From NCBI RefSeq assembly GCF_049060185.1, contig NZ_JBMEQO010000002.1: DNA of 64,000 nucleotides. The stretch is one strand, 5' to 3'. The stretch comes from Nannocystis pusilla. Lineage in GTDB: Bacteria; Myxococcota_A; Polyangia; Nannocystales; Nannocystaceae. Every line of letters begins with the position of its first letter. The stretch's first letter is position 1. Below are positions 11,745 to 21,500 of this stretch, piece after piece. The translations under genes and the position numbers were made by a program. The notes under the pieces were generated by a model. It had not been told where the DNA came from. It ran no database searches and saw nothing but the letters and a program-made list of their open reading frames with translations.

Positions 11745-12167
11745 GCTCGCGAGGGTACGAGAGTCGAGCGAAGGCCGGCAACTCGCGCCGCCGCAGCCGA
11801 CGTCCGCGGGCAGGTGCGCCCTGGGCCCACCCATCCGGCCGAAGCCGCGCCCGCGGAGCGGCGCCGGAGGAACATGCAGCGCGTCCGTGCGCGGACCGTT
11901 ACGCGGCCGTCAGGTCGGAGCAGTCCGCCGCGCGATAGCGACGTGAAAACGGCAAGCGCGGCGGGTCCTCACGCGGGCGACGCGAGGACCCTCGAAGGTG
12001 GAGCGCAGCGATCGCTTCCGCGGCGAGGACGGGTCGAGAGGAGGCGCGCCGCGGGAAGGCTCGGCGCCGGTGAAGGCGAAGGGGAGGCGCGTCGGACGGT
12101 CGCGGCTGGCGGGAAGCCAGGGCCCGTGCTCGGGGAGCGAGGCGAGGGCGTCGACAGTGCGGACGGG

Positions 12168-12413
12168 TCAGGCAAGCTCGTCGCGCCACTCGATGTCGAT
12201 GCCCTCGCCCTCTTCGGGTACGTGCTTGCGCAGGAGGGCGAGCAGCTCGGCGTCGACCTGGTTCTCCTCGAGGTAATCGAGGGTGTCGCGGTCGATGTAG
12301 TAGTCGCGGTCGTCGGCGCTCTCTTCGACGAGGAGATCGATGAGGTCGCGCAGCTGGTCGTCGGTGATAGGTCCGATCAGGGCGCCGGTCTGCTTGTTGT
12401 AGAGGCGAGTCAC
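12168..12413 (-). CDS. Small acidic hypothetical protein (~81 aa, GTG start).
   Basis: VTRLYNKQTGALIGPITDDQLRDLIDLLVEESADDRDYYIDRDTLDYLEENQVDAELLALLRKHVPEEGEGIDIEWRDELA has GC3-rich codons and a clean stop at 12168. A tandem hairpin-repeat array lies immediately upstream. Confidence 0.55.
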   Translation of the reverse strand: MTRLYNKQTGALIGPITDDQLRDLIDLLVEESADDRDYYIDRDTLDYLEENQVDAELLALLRKHVPEEGEGIDIEWRDELA

Positions 12414-12530
12414 GCGGGGATGGTAGCCGGTCCGGGCGGCGGCGCGACGCTGGCCGGACGGCGGGCGAGCGAGCCGCCGGAGCCGCGCGAGGCGGCTCTG
12501 CTCGCTCGCGGCGGGGTCGTCCGGCCGGCG

Positions 12531-12870
12531 CGGAAGACCTGGCTGATGGGGCAGGTCCTGGCCGTGGAGATATTCGCGCGGACGCGGTCGTCCGCCAGGG
12601 CCAGAAAAATCCTGGCTGATGGGCAGGCCCTGGTCGAGGGGACGTTCGCGCGGAGACGTTCGTCGGCGCGGCGCGGAAGACCTGGCTGAAGGGACATGTC
12701 CTGGCCGCGGAGATGTTCGCACGGACGCGGTCGTCCGCGGCCGCACCTGGTCGATGGGGCAGATCTTGTCCGCGGAGATATTCGCGCGGACGCGTTCGTC
12801 CGCGCGGCCCAGAAAAACCTGGTCGATGGGACAGGTCCGGCCCGCGGAGGCGACCGCGCGGGCGGATCTG
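12531..12870. repeat. Array of five tandem ~65-74-bp imperfect direct repeats, each carrying two short inverted repeats (GACCTG-N10-CAGGTC and GCGGACG-N4-CGTCCGC); the third unit contains GGGACATGTCC.
   Basis: Unit starts fall at about 12535, 12609, 12678, 12743 and 12816. The frames differ between units (see the differing translations in ORFs 9624..12689, 12619..13038 and 12410..12697), so the repeat is at the DNA level and non-coding. It lies between the stop of the lipoprotein gene (12885) and the start of the small acidic gene (12413). Confidence 0.85.
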
Positions 12871-12884
12871 GCCCTTAAGTCAGG

Positions 12885-13769
12885 TCAGACGGGGCAGCCG
12901 GGCTCGCCCATGTCGCAGCAGAGGCAGACGGAGGTGCCCATGTCGTCGCCGCAGAAGCCGTGGTCGTACAGGGTCATCATGGCGTCGCCGACCTCGGTAC
13001 ACTGGACGAAGCAGTCGAACTGCGACAGCTTGCCGTAGATGCAGGTGTTGAGGTTGGTGTCGTCCTCGCAGCTGGCGGGGTCGCTGTTCTCGCAGGGGGT
13101 GCCGGGGCCGTCGCCGCAGATGAACTCGACGGTCTTGCCGGTGTCGACGCAGCCGTAGGCGAAGTCGTAGCCGTCGAAGCTGCAGCTGTCCTTGGCGAGG
13201 TTGGGCTCGAGCACCCAGGTGGCGCCGTCGCAGCGGTAGACCTGGCTGCCCTCGGGGCCGCAGACCTCGGTCATCGTGCACCAGAACTGGCCGTTCTGGC
13301 AGTTCTCGGGCGGCGGCTGCTCGCCCATGCACTCGACGCCGCCGGTGGTGGTGCCCTCGCTGGTGTCAGTGGTCTCGGTGGTGCTCGCGGTCGACTCGGT
13401 GGTGGTCGTGGTCGAGCTGGTCTCCGGCAGCGTGGTCGACTCGGTGGTGCCGGGGCCGGTGGTGGTGGTCGGCTCGCTGGTCGAGGTCGGCTCGACGGTG
13501 GTGGTGCCGACGCTCGAGACCGTGGTGGTGTCCTCGACCGGACAGCAGGACAGGTCGTTCGGGTCGTCGGTGCAGTACTCGAAGCCGTCGTTGCAGTAGC
13601 AGGTCTCGCCTTCGAGGTACGAGTTGGGGTCGTCGCACACGAACTCGCCGGTGTCGGAGTCGGGGGTGTTCGTGGTGTTGCCGCCGCCGATGATGCAGGC
13701 CGACGCGAGCCCCAGGAGGGCCAGGAGCGCGATTTTGCGAGGTAAGCGAGCCATGGCGAAAAATGACAT
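12885..13769 (-). CDS. Secreted lipoprotein with a Thr-rich linker and a Cys-rich C-terminal domain.
   Basis: A signal peptide and lipobox (…LALLGLASAC) are followed by a long T/S/E/P-rich linker and many conserved Cys residues (…CMGEQPPPENCQNGQFWCTMTEVCGPEGSQVYRCDG…). The gene lies in a single frame. Confidence 0.75.
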   Translation of the reverse strand: MSFFAMARLPRKIALLALLGLASACIIGGGNTTNTPDSDTGEFVCDDPNSYLEGETCYCNDGFEYCTDDPNDLSCCPVEDTTTVSSVGTTTVEPTSTSEPTTTTGPGTTESTTLPETSSTTTTTESTASTTETTDTSEGTTTGGVECMGEQPPPENCQNGQFWCTMTEVCGPEGSQVYRCDGATWVLEPNLAKDSCSFDGYDFAYGCVDTGKTVEFICGDGPGTPCENSDPASCEDDTNLNTCIYGKLSQFDCFVQCTEVGDAMMTLYDHGFCGDDMGTSVCLCCDMGEPGCPV

Positions 13770-13785
13770 AAACCCGCGGGGCGCG

Positions 13786-14997
13786 TCAGGGCAATTTATC
13801 GCCCGTGTCGCACAGGAAGCGGAAGCTGTAGCCGCCCGGCTGGGGCAGGGCCTTGTAGCTCTTCACGCTGCCGTCCTGGTTCCACTGGTAGAGCATCGAG
13901 CAGCCCTCGCACGCCCCGAGCTCGTCGGGCTCGCCGCTGCCGACGGCGACATCGCTGACGAACCACGCCTGATCGTCGCCCGCGCGCCACTCGGGACAGT
14001 CGAGCCCGTTGAGCGGCGCGTCGACGCAGCTCTCGCCCGCGGTGACTGGATAGATCCCCAGGATCTGCAGGTAATCGGGGCCGGTCTTCACCGTGCCGCC
14101 GCCGACCGGCTCGAGGTTGTCGCCGGTGGCGACCTCGTAGGCGACGCCGAGGTGCGCCGCGCTGCGCGGGATGAACAGCTGCATGCCCCAGTCGGCGCAG
14201 GCGGCCTCGGCGGTGGCGGCGGTGGCCGGGTTGGGGTTCATGCCGCCGGCGACGTCGACCTTGAGGAAGGTGTAACCACCGCCGTCGACGGCCGGATCGA
14301 GGGCGCACCAGACGTCGATCGGGTCCATGATGCCTTCGCGGCGGACGCTGAAGACGCCGCTGACGGCCTCGGGAGCGGCCTCCAGCCACTCGAGGCAGCT
14401 GTGGGCGTACTTGCAGGTGGGCAGGCAGTCGGGGCCGTCCTCGCAGTCTTCGTTCTCGGGGTCGACCTGGCCGTCGCCGCAGCCGGGGGCGGCGGCGCTG
14501 CAGTCGGCGAGGCAGCTGCCGTAGGTGCCGTCGTTCGTGCCGTCGTCGCAGACCTCGCCGCCGTTGAGGACGCCGTCACCGCACCTGGGGAGGAGGCAGG
14601 CGGTGGTGCAGGCGCCGTCGTCGGCGTTGTCGGGGCCGAGGTCGCACTCCTCGGCGTCCTTGGCGACGAGGCCGTCGCCGCACGTGGCGTTGCGACAGTC
14701 GCTGGTGCAGGCGCCGTCGTCGGCGTTGTCGGGGCCGAGGTCGCACTGCTCGTCGGCGTCGACGAAGCCGTCGCCGCACACGGGCTCGCCCGTGGTGCCG
14801 GGCTCGCTGGTGGTCGGCTCGCCGGTGGTCGGCTCGGTCGCGGAGGCGCCGGTGGTGTCGACGCCGGTGGTGGTGCCGGGGCCGGTGCTCGCGGTCGACT
14901 CGGTCTCGGTGTTGGCGTTGGGGTCGAGGCAGGCCTGCAGGGCCAGGGCCGTGACGCTCAGTTGCAGCGAGATCCGGAGACGCGGCGCGGTGGGCAT
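13786..14997 (-). CDS. Secreted lipoprotein with Myxococcus-type Cys-rich repeats (CGDG…C(D/E)DGxxD) and a C-terminal globular domain.
   Basis: MPTAPRLRISLQLSVTALALQAC is a lipoprotein signal. Four CGDGxV…EECDLGPDNADDGAC-type repeats precede a C-terminal domain containing …DGGGYTFLKVDVAGG…. Confidence 0.75.
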   Translation of the reverse strand: MPTAPRLRISLQLSVTALALQACLDPNANTETESTASTGPGTTTGVDTTGASATEPTTGEPTTSEPGTTGEPVCGDGFVDADEQCDLGPDNADDGACTSDCRNATCGDGLVAKDAEECDLGPDNADDGACTTACLLPRCGDGVLNGGEVCDDGTNDGTYGSCLADCSAAAPGCGDGQVDPENEDCEDGPDCLPTCKYAHSCLEWLEAAPEAVSGVFSVRREGIMDPIDVWCALDPAVDGGGYTFLKVDVAGGMNPNPATAATAEAACADWGMQLFIPRSAAHLGVAYEVATGDNLEPVGGGTVKTGPDYLQILGIYPVTAGESCVDAPLNGLDCPEWRAGDDQAWFVSDVAVGSGEPDELGACEGCSMLYQWNQDGSVKSYKALPQPGGYSFRFLCDTGDKLP

Positions 14998-15169
14998 GTT
15001 CGAGGGATTTGTCCACGATTCAGCCGGGGCCGCAAGAGGCGCGAGGCGAGGCGAGCTGAATCAAAAGACAGGGGCGGCGACGTCGGGGTCGTGAGATGCG
15101 GCGCGGTGCGACACCGGGCGTGGCCCGCGGTCCCGTGATGCGGGTGCGGGCGAGGCGGCTCGCGGTGGC

Positions 15170-15360
15170 GACCTCGAGGTCGTGAGCGGCGAGGCGGGCG
15201 AGGCAGAGGTCGGCGTGACGCGGGCTCGGGGACGGTGAGGGCGATGTCGTGAGACGAGGCAGAGGTCGACGCGGGGTCGAGGGCGGTGAGGGCGAGGTCG
15301 TGAGTTGCGAGGCGGACGAGGCAGAGGTCGGCGTGACGCGAGCTCGGGGACGGTGGTGTC
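15170..15360. repeat. About 2.5 tandem copies of a ~70-bp direct repeat (GAGGTCGTGAGnnGCGAGGCGGnCGAGGCAGAGGTCGGCGTGACGCGnGCTCGGGGACGGTG) in the intergenic region between the Cys-rich lipoprotein gene and the giant TPR gene.
   Basis: Direct reading of 15170-15360. The ORF-track translations through it on both strands are low-complexity and repeat-driven (e.g. LTTSPSPSPSPRHADLCLARLAAHDLE repeated). Confidence 0.7.
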
Positions 15361-15501
15361 GTGAGATTCGGTCGCGCCGCTTCGAAGCGGCCTTGCAGCA
15401 GCGACATGAGGTCGGGCGCTGCGCGGGCGTCGGACGGGGAACGTGAAGAGGCCGCGAGCCCGGGCGGGCTCGCGGCCTCGTGGGCGGCCGGGGCTGGCGC
15501 G

Positions 15502-18500
15502 TCAGCGCGACTTGACCTCGAAGCCGAGAGCGCGGCGGGCCCCGACGTAGGCGGGGCTGACCGCGAACACCAGGAGGTCGCGCAGGTCGGCGTCGAAGGC
15601 CGCGCGGGCCTTGAGGGCGGCGCTGCGCTCGCCTGGCTCTTGGGGCAGGCCGAGGATGTCGAGGGCGGCGCCGAGGTTGCGCGACAGGCACAGGCCGACG
15701 CGGTCGCCGGAGCGCTGGACCCACGCGCGCCAGTCGCGGCTGTCGAAGCCCTCCTGCTCGCGCTCCTTGAAGCCGGTGCTGAGCTGGCGGGCCAGGCGGA
15801 TCGGCAGCTTGCGCGCGAGGGTCTGGCCGAGCCGCGTGGCCAGGTCGGCCTCGTCGCGGGCGCGCACGCGCCGGGTGTGGCGGGGGTGGAAGGCCTGCAG
15901 GGCGGCCGCGAGGACGCCGGCGAACAGCGGCTTCGGCAGGCCGGAGACGAGGATCGCGGCGGGGCGGGTGAAGAACAGCGCGCGCCCGAGGGCGAAGCGC
16001 AGCCGCGGAGCGGTGGTCTCGGCGCGGGCGGCCGGGCCGACGAGGATCACCGGCGGGTGCACGCACGAGACGCTGGTCCAGCCGCCCTCGACGCGCATGT
16101 CGGGGAGCAGCTCGACGTCGGCGAGGCGCACGCCCTGGGCCGGCATCTGCGTGCCGAGCTCGGTCCAGACCTTCCACAGGAGGGTGTCCTTGTCGGTCTC
16201 GGCCTCGATCCAGGCGGCCTCGCTGAACTGCGGGCGCGGCAGCTCCTCGGCCAACAGCTCGGCGGCGCCCTCCCACAGGGCGGTGAGGGCCGGGACGACG
16301 CCGGCGTCGGCGGGGGCCGGGTCGATGACCGTGGCGGGGTCGAGCTTGCCGCCGCGCACCGACAGCAGCTCGTGGCTGGTGAGGAAGGCGCCGGCCTCGG
16401 CGTGGCCGGGGCTGACGATCCGCAAGAGCTGGTGGATGGCGTGGGCGCGGCCCTCCTCGCCGTTCTCGGCGCAGTGGCGGGCGAGCGCGGCCAGGCTGGC
16501 CTCGTCGAGCGGGTCGAGGTGGAGCAGGGCGTCGGAGTTGCTGCGCACCTGCGGGCCCTGGATCTTCTCGTCGGCGTAGAGCTTGGCGAGCTGGCGCCGC
16601 GGGGCCAGGCCGAGGCCGGTGGGGTCGAGCTCGGCGGCCCGCTCGAGCAGCCGGATCGCCTGCGCGGGCCGGCTGTCCTTCGGGTCAGGCGGGGCTCGGC
16701 CTGGACCACGAGGTCGGCCAGGCGGACCAGCAGGCGCTGGCGATCGCGGGCCTCGCTCAGGTCACCAGGCGGCTTCTGGACGCTGTCGCGCGCCAGGTAG
16801 GCGCGCACCGCCGGCTCGATCTCGTCGACGGCGCCGGCGGCCCGCAGGGCGTCGACGAGGCCGTGGATCGGGGCGGCGGCGTCGGGCCGTAGCTCGACGG
16901 CGGCGCGGGCGTAGGCGAGCGCGCGCTCGGGGTCGCCGGGCTCGCCGCGCTGGAGGGCGATCTTGACGCCCTCGAGCAGGAGGCCGGCCCGCTTGGCCTC
17001 GCGCAGGTCGGGGTGGTGCAGCAGGCGGTCGAGGCAGCCGAGGGCGATGCCGGCGTTGCGCGAGACGGCGGTCCAGAAGGCGGCCTCGAGCTGGCGGCGG
17101 TCGAGGACCGGGTGCGGGATGTGCTGGATCAGGGCGAGGCCGGCCTGGACGGCGTCGAAGGCGGCGCCGAGGATCTTCTGCGCCGAGGCGCTGACGACGG
17201 TCTCCTCGCCGGTCTCGGCGGCGGCCCCGGCGGCCTCGTGGAACAGCATGCCGGCGGCGAGCAGGGCCCGGCCGCGGGCCTCGGGGTCCTGCTCGAGGTC
17301 GGCGAGGGCGAGGGTGTGCTCGGCCGCGTCGACCAGCCTGCCTGACTCTTGGGCCAGCTGGGCGAGCGCCGCGCGGGCCTTGCGGTGGCGCGGGGCCAGC
17401 TCGAGGGCGCGGGCGTAGCGGGCGGCGAGGCGCTCGGCGGGGGCGTTCTGCTTGGCGTCGCACTCGGCGGCGAGGATCAGCAGGTCGGCGACCACGGGGG
17501 CGCGCTCGGGCGGGACCGGGGTGCCGGCGGCGAGGCGCTGCTCGACCGGCTCGAGGGCGGCGACGGCGTCGCGGTGGCGGCCGGCGGCGGCGCGGTTGTG
17601 GGCCATGGCGGCGCGGATCTCGAGGTCGTCGGGGACGTGGCGCAGGGCCATCGAGAGGCGGCGGTAGGCCTCGTTGGCGCGGTCGGTCTGTTCGAACAGG
17701 TGCGCCAGCATCAGCAGGCCCTCGACCAGGCGCGGCTGGTCGCGGGTGAGGCCGAACGCCTCGACCGCGGCCTCGAGGATGGCCTCGGCCTCGGCGTGCA
17801 GGCCGGCGTCGATGAGGGCCGCGCCGAGGGCCAGGCGCGCGGGGCGTAGTCGGGGTCGGCGGCGAGGGCGGCCTCGAAGCGCTGGCGGGCGCGCGCGAGC
17901 TCCTGGCCGCCGCGCAGCAGGGCGCGGCCGCTCTCGGTGAGGATCCGGGCCCGGATCTCGGGGTCGTCGATCTGGGCCAGCTGGGCGTCGAGCAGGGCGT
18001 CGGCGCCGTCGAGGTCGCCGGCGGCCAGGCGCAGGCCGACCAGGCCCTCGATCGCCTGCGACAGCCGGCGGCTGCGCTGCGGGGCGCCGGGGGCCAGCTC
18101 GGCGAGGACGCGGGTGTACAGCTGGGCGGCCAGCTCGGGCTCGCGCAGGCGGTCGCGGGCGATCGCGGCGGCCTCGAGGATGCCCTCGGGCTCGCCGACG
18201 GCGGCGAGGCTGACGGTGAGGGCCCGGTCGTCGCCCAGGGTCCGCGCGAGGGCGACGCGGCGCTGCTGCAGGCCGAGCGCGGCGTCCGGCGGGGCGGCGG
18301 CGAGCGCCTCGTCGAGGGTCTCGAGCGCGCCGCGAGGGTCACCTGCCTCTTCGGCCAGGGCGGTCGCCAGGGCCTCGGCGATGCGCACGCGGCGGGCCGC
18401 CAGCGCCGGCGAGACCGGCTCGGGGACGTCGAACGGCAGCGGCTCCTCGTCGAGCGGCTCGACGCGGACCTCCATGTCGCTGACGATCTCGGCCAGGCGC

Positions 18501-21500
18501 CGGCGCAGCATCTCCACGCCGTCGTCCATGCGCCCGCCCTTGCGGTAGAGGCGGGACAGGCCGAGCACGACGTCGTCGTTCTCGGGGGCCTCGGCGGCGA
18601 GGGTCTCGAGGGTCTCGAGGGCGGCGGCCTCGTCGCCCTGGCCCTCTTGAAGGGCGCGGGCCTTGACGACGAGGAGGGCGATGCGGGCGTCGCGGTCGCC
18701 GGGCGCGACCTGGGCCAGGCGGCGGTCGAGGATCGGCAGCAGCTTGGCGTACTGCTCGGTGCGCAGGTAGAGGCTCTGCAGGCGCACCAGAGCGTCGGGG
18801 TCGCCGGGGTTGTGGTCGAGGACCTCGGACCAGCCGGCGATCGCGGCCTCCGGCTGGCCGAGGCGCTCCTCGGTGAGGGTGGCGGCGCGGGCCAGGCAGC
18901 GCACGCGCGCGTCGGGGTTGGGCACGACCTCGGCGGCCGCGCGCAGGGCCTCGACGGCGCGGACCCACAGGCCCTCGCGCTGGAGGATCTCGATCAGCTC
19001 GGCGTGGACGTCGGCGGTCTCGGGGGTCTCCTTGACCAGCGCCTCGAGGCGGCGGATGGCCTCGAGCGAGCGGTCGGCGCGGTAGGCGAGGTCGCGCGCG
19101 AGCTGCAGGACGCGGGGGATCCGCTCGTCCAGCGGGAGGCCGTCGGCCTCGACGTCGTAGAGGCGAGCGGAGGCCTCGGCGGCCTCGCGCTCGCGGCCGG
19201 TCTTGGCGTGCAGCGCGGCCAGGCTGCGCAGGGCGCCCAGGTGCTTCGGCGAGACGGCGAGCACGCCGCGGTACTGCTCCTCGGCGCGCTCGGGCTGACC
19301 TGTCTGTTCGTACAGGTTAGCGAGGCGCAGGTGATAGGCGACGATGTGCTCGGGCAGGGTGAGGTCGGACAGCAGGCGCGACAGGGCGGCGATCAGGCGC
19401 TCGGGGTCGGCTGTCCTTTCGGCCATGTGGACGAGGCCCGAGAGGGCGACCGCGTCGTCGGGCACCAGCGCGAGGGCCTCCTCGTAGCGCTCGAGGGCGG
19501 CGTCGGGCATGCCGGCGCCCTCGTCCCACAGGCGGGCGAGCAGGCGCTGCAGGCCGGCGCGCTCGGACTTGCTGGCGGGGACCACCGAGGCGTAGGCGTG
19601 GGCCAGCTCGTGCCAGGCGGAGCTGGCGGACGGGCGGCCGGGCAGGACCGGGGCGTCGAGCTCGGGCAGGGCCGGCAGGCCGGCGGTGACGGCGTCGATC
19701 AGCTCGCGGCTGGCGACCGGGGGCGGCGGCGGCAAGCTGGCCGCGGGGACAGGCTCGGGCGGGCGCGAGGGCGGCGGCGGGGCGGCGGGGCGGCGGGCCG
19801 GCGGCGGGGCCTTGGCGACCGGCTTGCCGCCCGGCGGGCGCGGCGGGGCCGGCTTGAGCGGCGGGTTCGGCTTGAGCGGCTTGGCGGCGGGCCGCGGCAG
19901 CGAGCGCTTGTGGGCGACCGGCCGCGGGGCGTCGTCGTCGAGCTCGAGCATCTCGTCGAGGTCGAGCACGCCCGAGACCTCGGCGCTCGGGCGCTTCGGC
20001 GCCGGGCCGACCAGGCTGTCCTCGATCGGCTCGAGGTCGGCGAGGTCGAACACGCCGCTCTCTTGCCGCGGCAGTCCGGCCGCGCGCACGCTGACGGAGC
20101 CCGACGCCTCGACGGCCTCGAGGTCGGCGATGTCGACGATGTCGGTCTCGCCGCGGGCCGGCCGCGGGGCGCGGATCTTGACCGCGGTGGCCGACAGCTC
20201 GACGGGCTCGAGGTCGGCGAGGTCGACGATGTTGGTGTGCGTCTCGCTGCGGACGGTCTTGCCCGGGCGGGCGACGACCTCCTTGCCGCCGCCGCGCCGC
20301 AGCTCCTCCAGCGGCTCGAGCTCGGACAGCTGGATCTCGGCGGTCGGGCGCGACACCTCCTCGAGGTCGTCGAGCTCCATCACGCTCGACTCCTCTTTCT
20401 TGGCGCGCGGCTTGACGGGCATGCGCGGGGCGAGCGTGTCGGGGTCGAGGCCGAGCTTGCGCCACTGGTCGCGATCGGCCAGCTCGGGCGGGACGATCTG
20501 CGGCCACAGCAGCGGGTCGCGGGCCGGCGGCGGGGTGGTGTAGGTGCCGGTCAGGCCGGCGAGGTGCCACATCTTGCTGTGGACGGGCCCGAGCTCACCT
20601 GTCTCGGGGGCAGGTCGCCCTGCAGCTTCCAGGCGGCGATCCGGGCCCTGAGCGCGTACTCGGGCCGGCCGAGGCAGTTCTCGTAGAGCTCGGCGATCTG
20701 GGTCAGGAGCTTGCCCTGCTGGGCCTTGCCTGTCCCGAAGGCCAGCTCGCTCGCGGGCGCGAGCAAGAGCAGGTGCCACAGGTTGTCGCGCTCGGCCAGG
20801 CGGTCGAGCTCGAAGCGGGCCTCCTCGCTGCCGGGGTGGAGCGAGAGGGCGCGCAGCCACTCGGCGATGGCGCCGGCGGTGTCGCCGAGGCCGGCGCGCA
20901 GCTCGGCGCGGCGCTTGAGCAGCGAGAGCTTGAGCGCGGGGTCGACGGTCTGGCCGATGATCTGCTGGGTGACCGAGAGCAGGGTGAGCGCGCCGGTCGG
21001 CGGGGTGTCGGGGCTGCGCTTCTCGTCGACCTTGGCGGCCATCGCCTCGATCGCGGGCATCAGCGCGGTGCCGTCGCGATCGTAGGCGACGCCGAGCCGC
21101 AGGGTGCGCAGGGCCGCGAGCGGGTCCTGGCGCTTCTCGTAGTCGATGCGCGCCGAGTCCTTGAGCTGGTTGAGGCCGCCGCGTTCGTTGCGCTGCAGCT
21201 TGGCGAGGGCGAGGCCGCGGTGGTGATCGGCGAGCTCGGGCCACAGTTGGTGGCGCTGGGCCAGCTCGGTCATCAGGCCGGCGGCCTCCTCGGCCAGCGA
21301 CGGATCGGCGGGGCGCAGGTCGGTCTCGGCCCGGCGCAGCCACTGGAAGGCGCGCTTGTGATCGTTGAGGTGGCGCTCGTAGATCTTGGCGATGGCGACG
21401 CAGGCGTCGAAGCGGCCGAGGCCGGTCTTGGCGCGGCCGAGCTTGAGCTCCTGCAGGTCGATCAGCGCCTGCCACATCTGGTGGGCCTCGCCGAGGGCCT

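Noticed and set aside
19290-19320. lux-box-like 20-bp palindrome ACCTGTCTGTTCGTACAGGT (and related CACCTGTCCGTTCGTACA at 23245) inside the TPR gene.
   Set aside because: They encode the recurring TPR motif LYE(Q/R)TGQ in-frame on the coding strand. This is probably a coding-driven coincidence, although the rare codons are curious.
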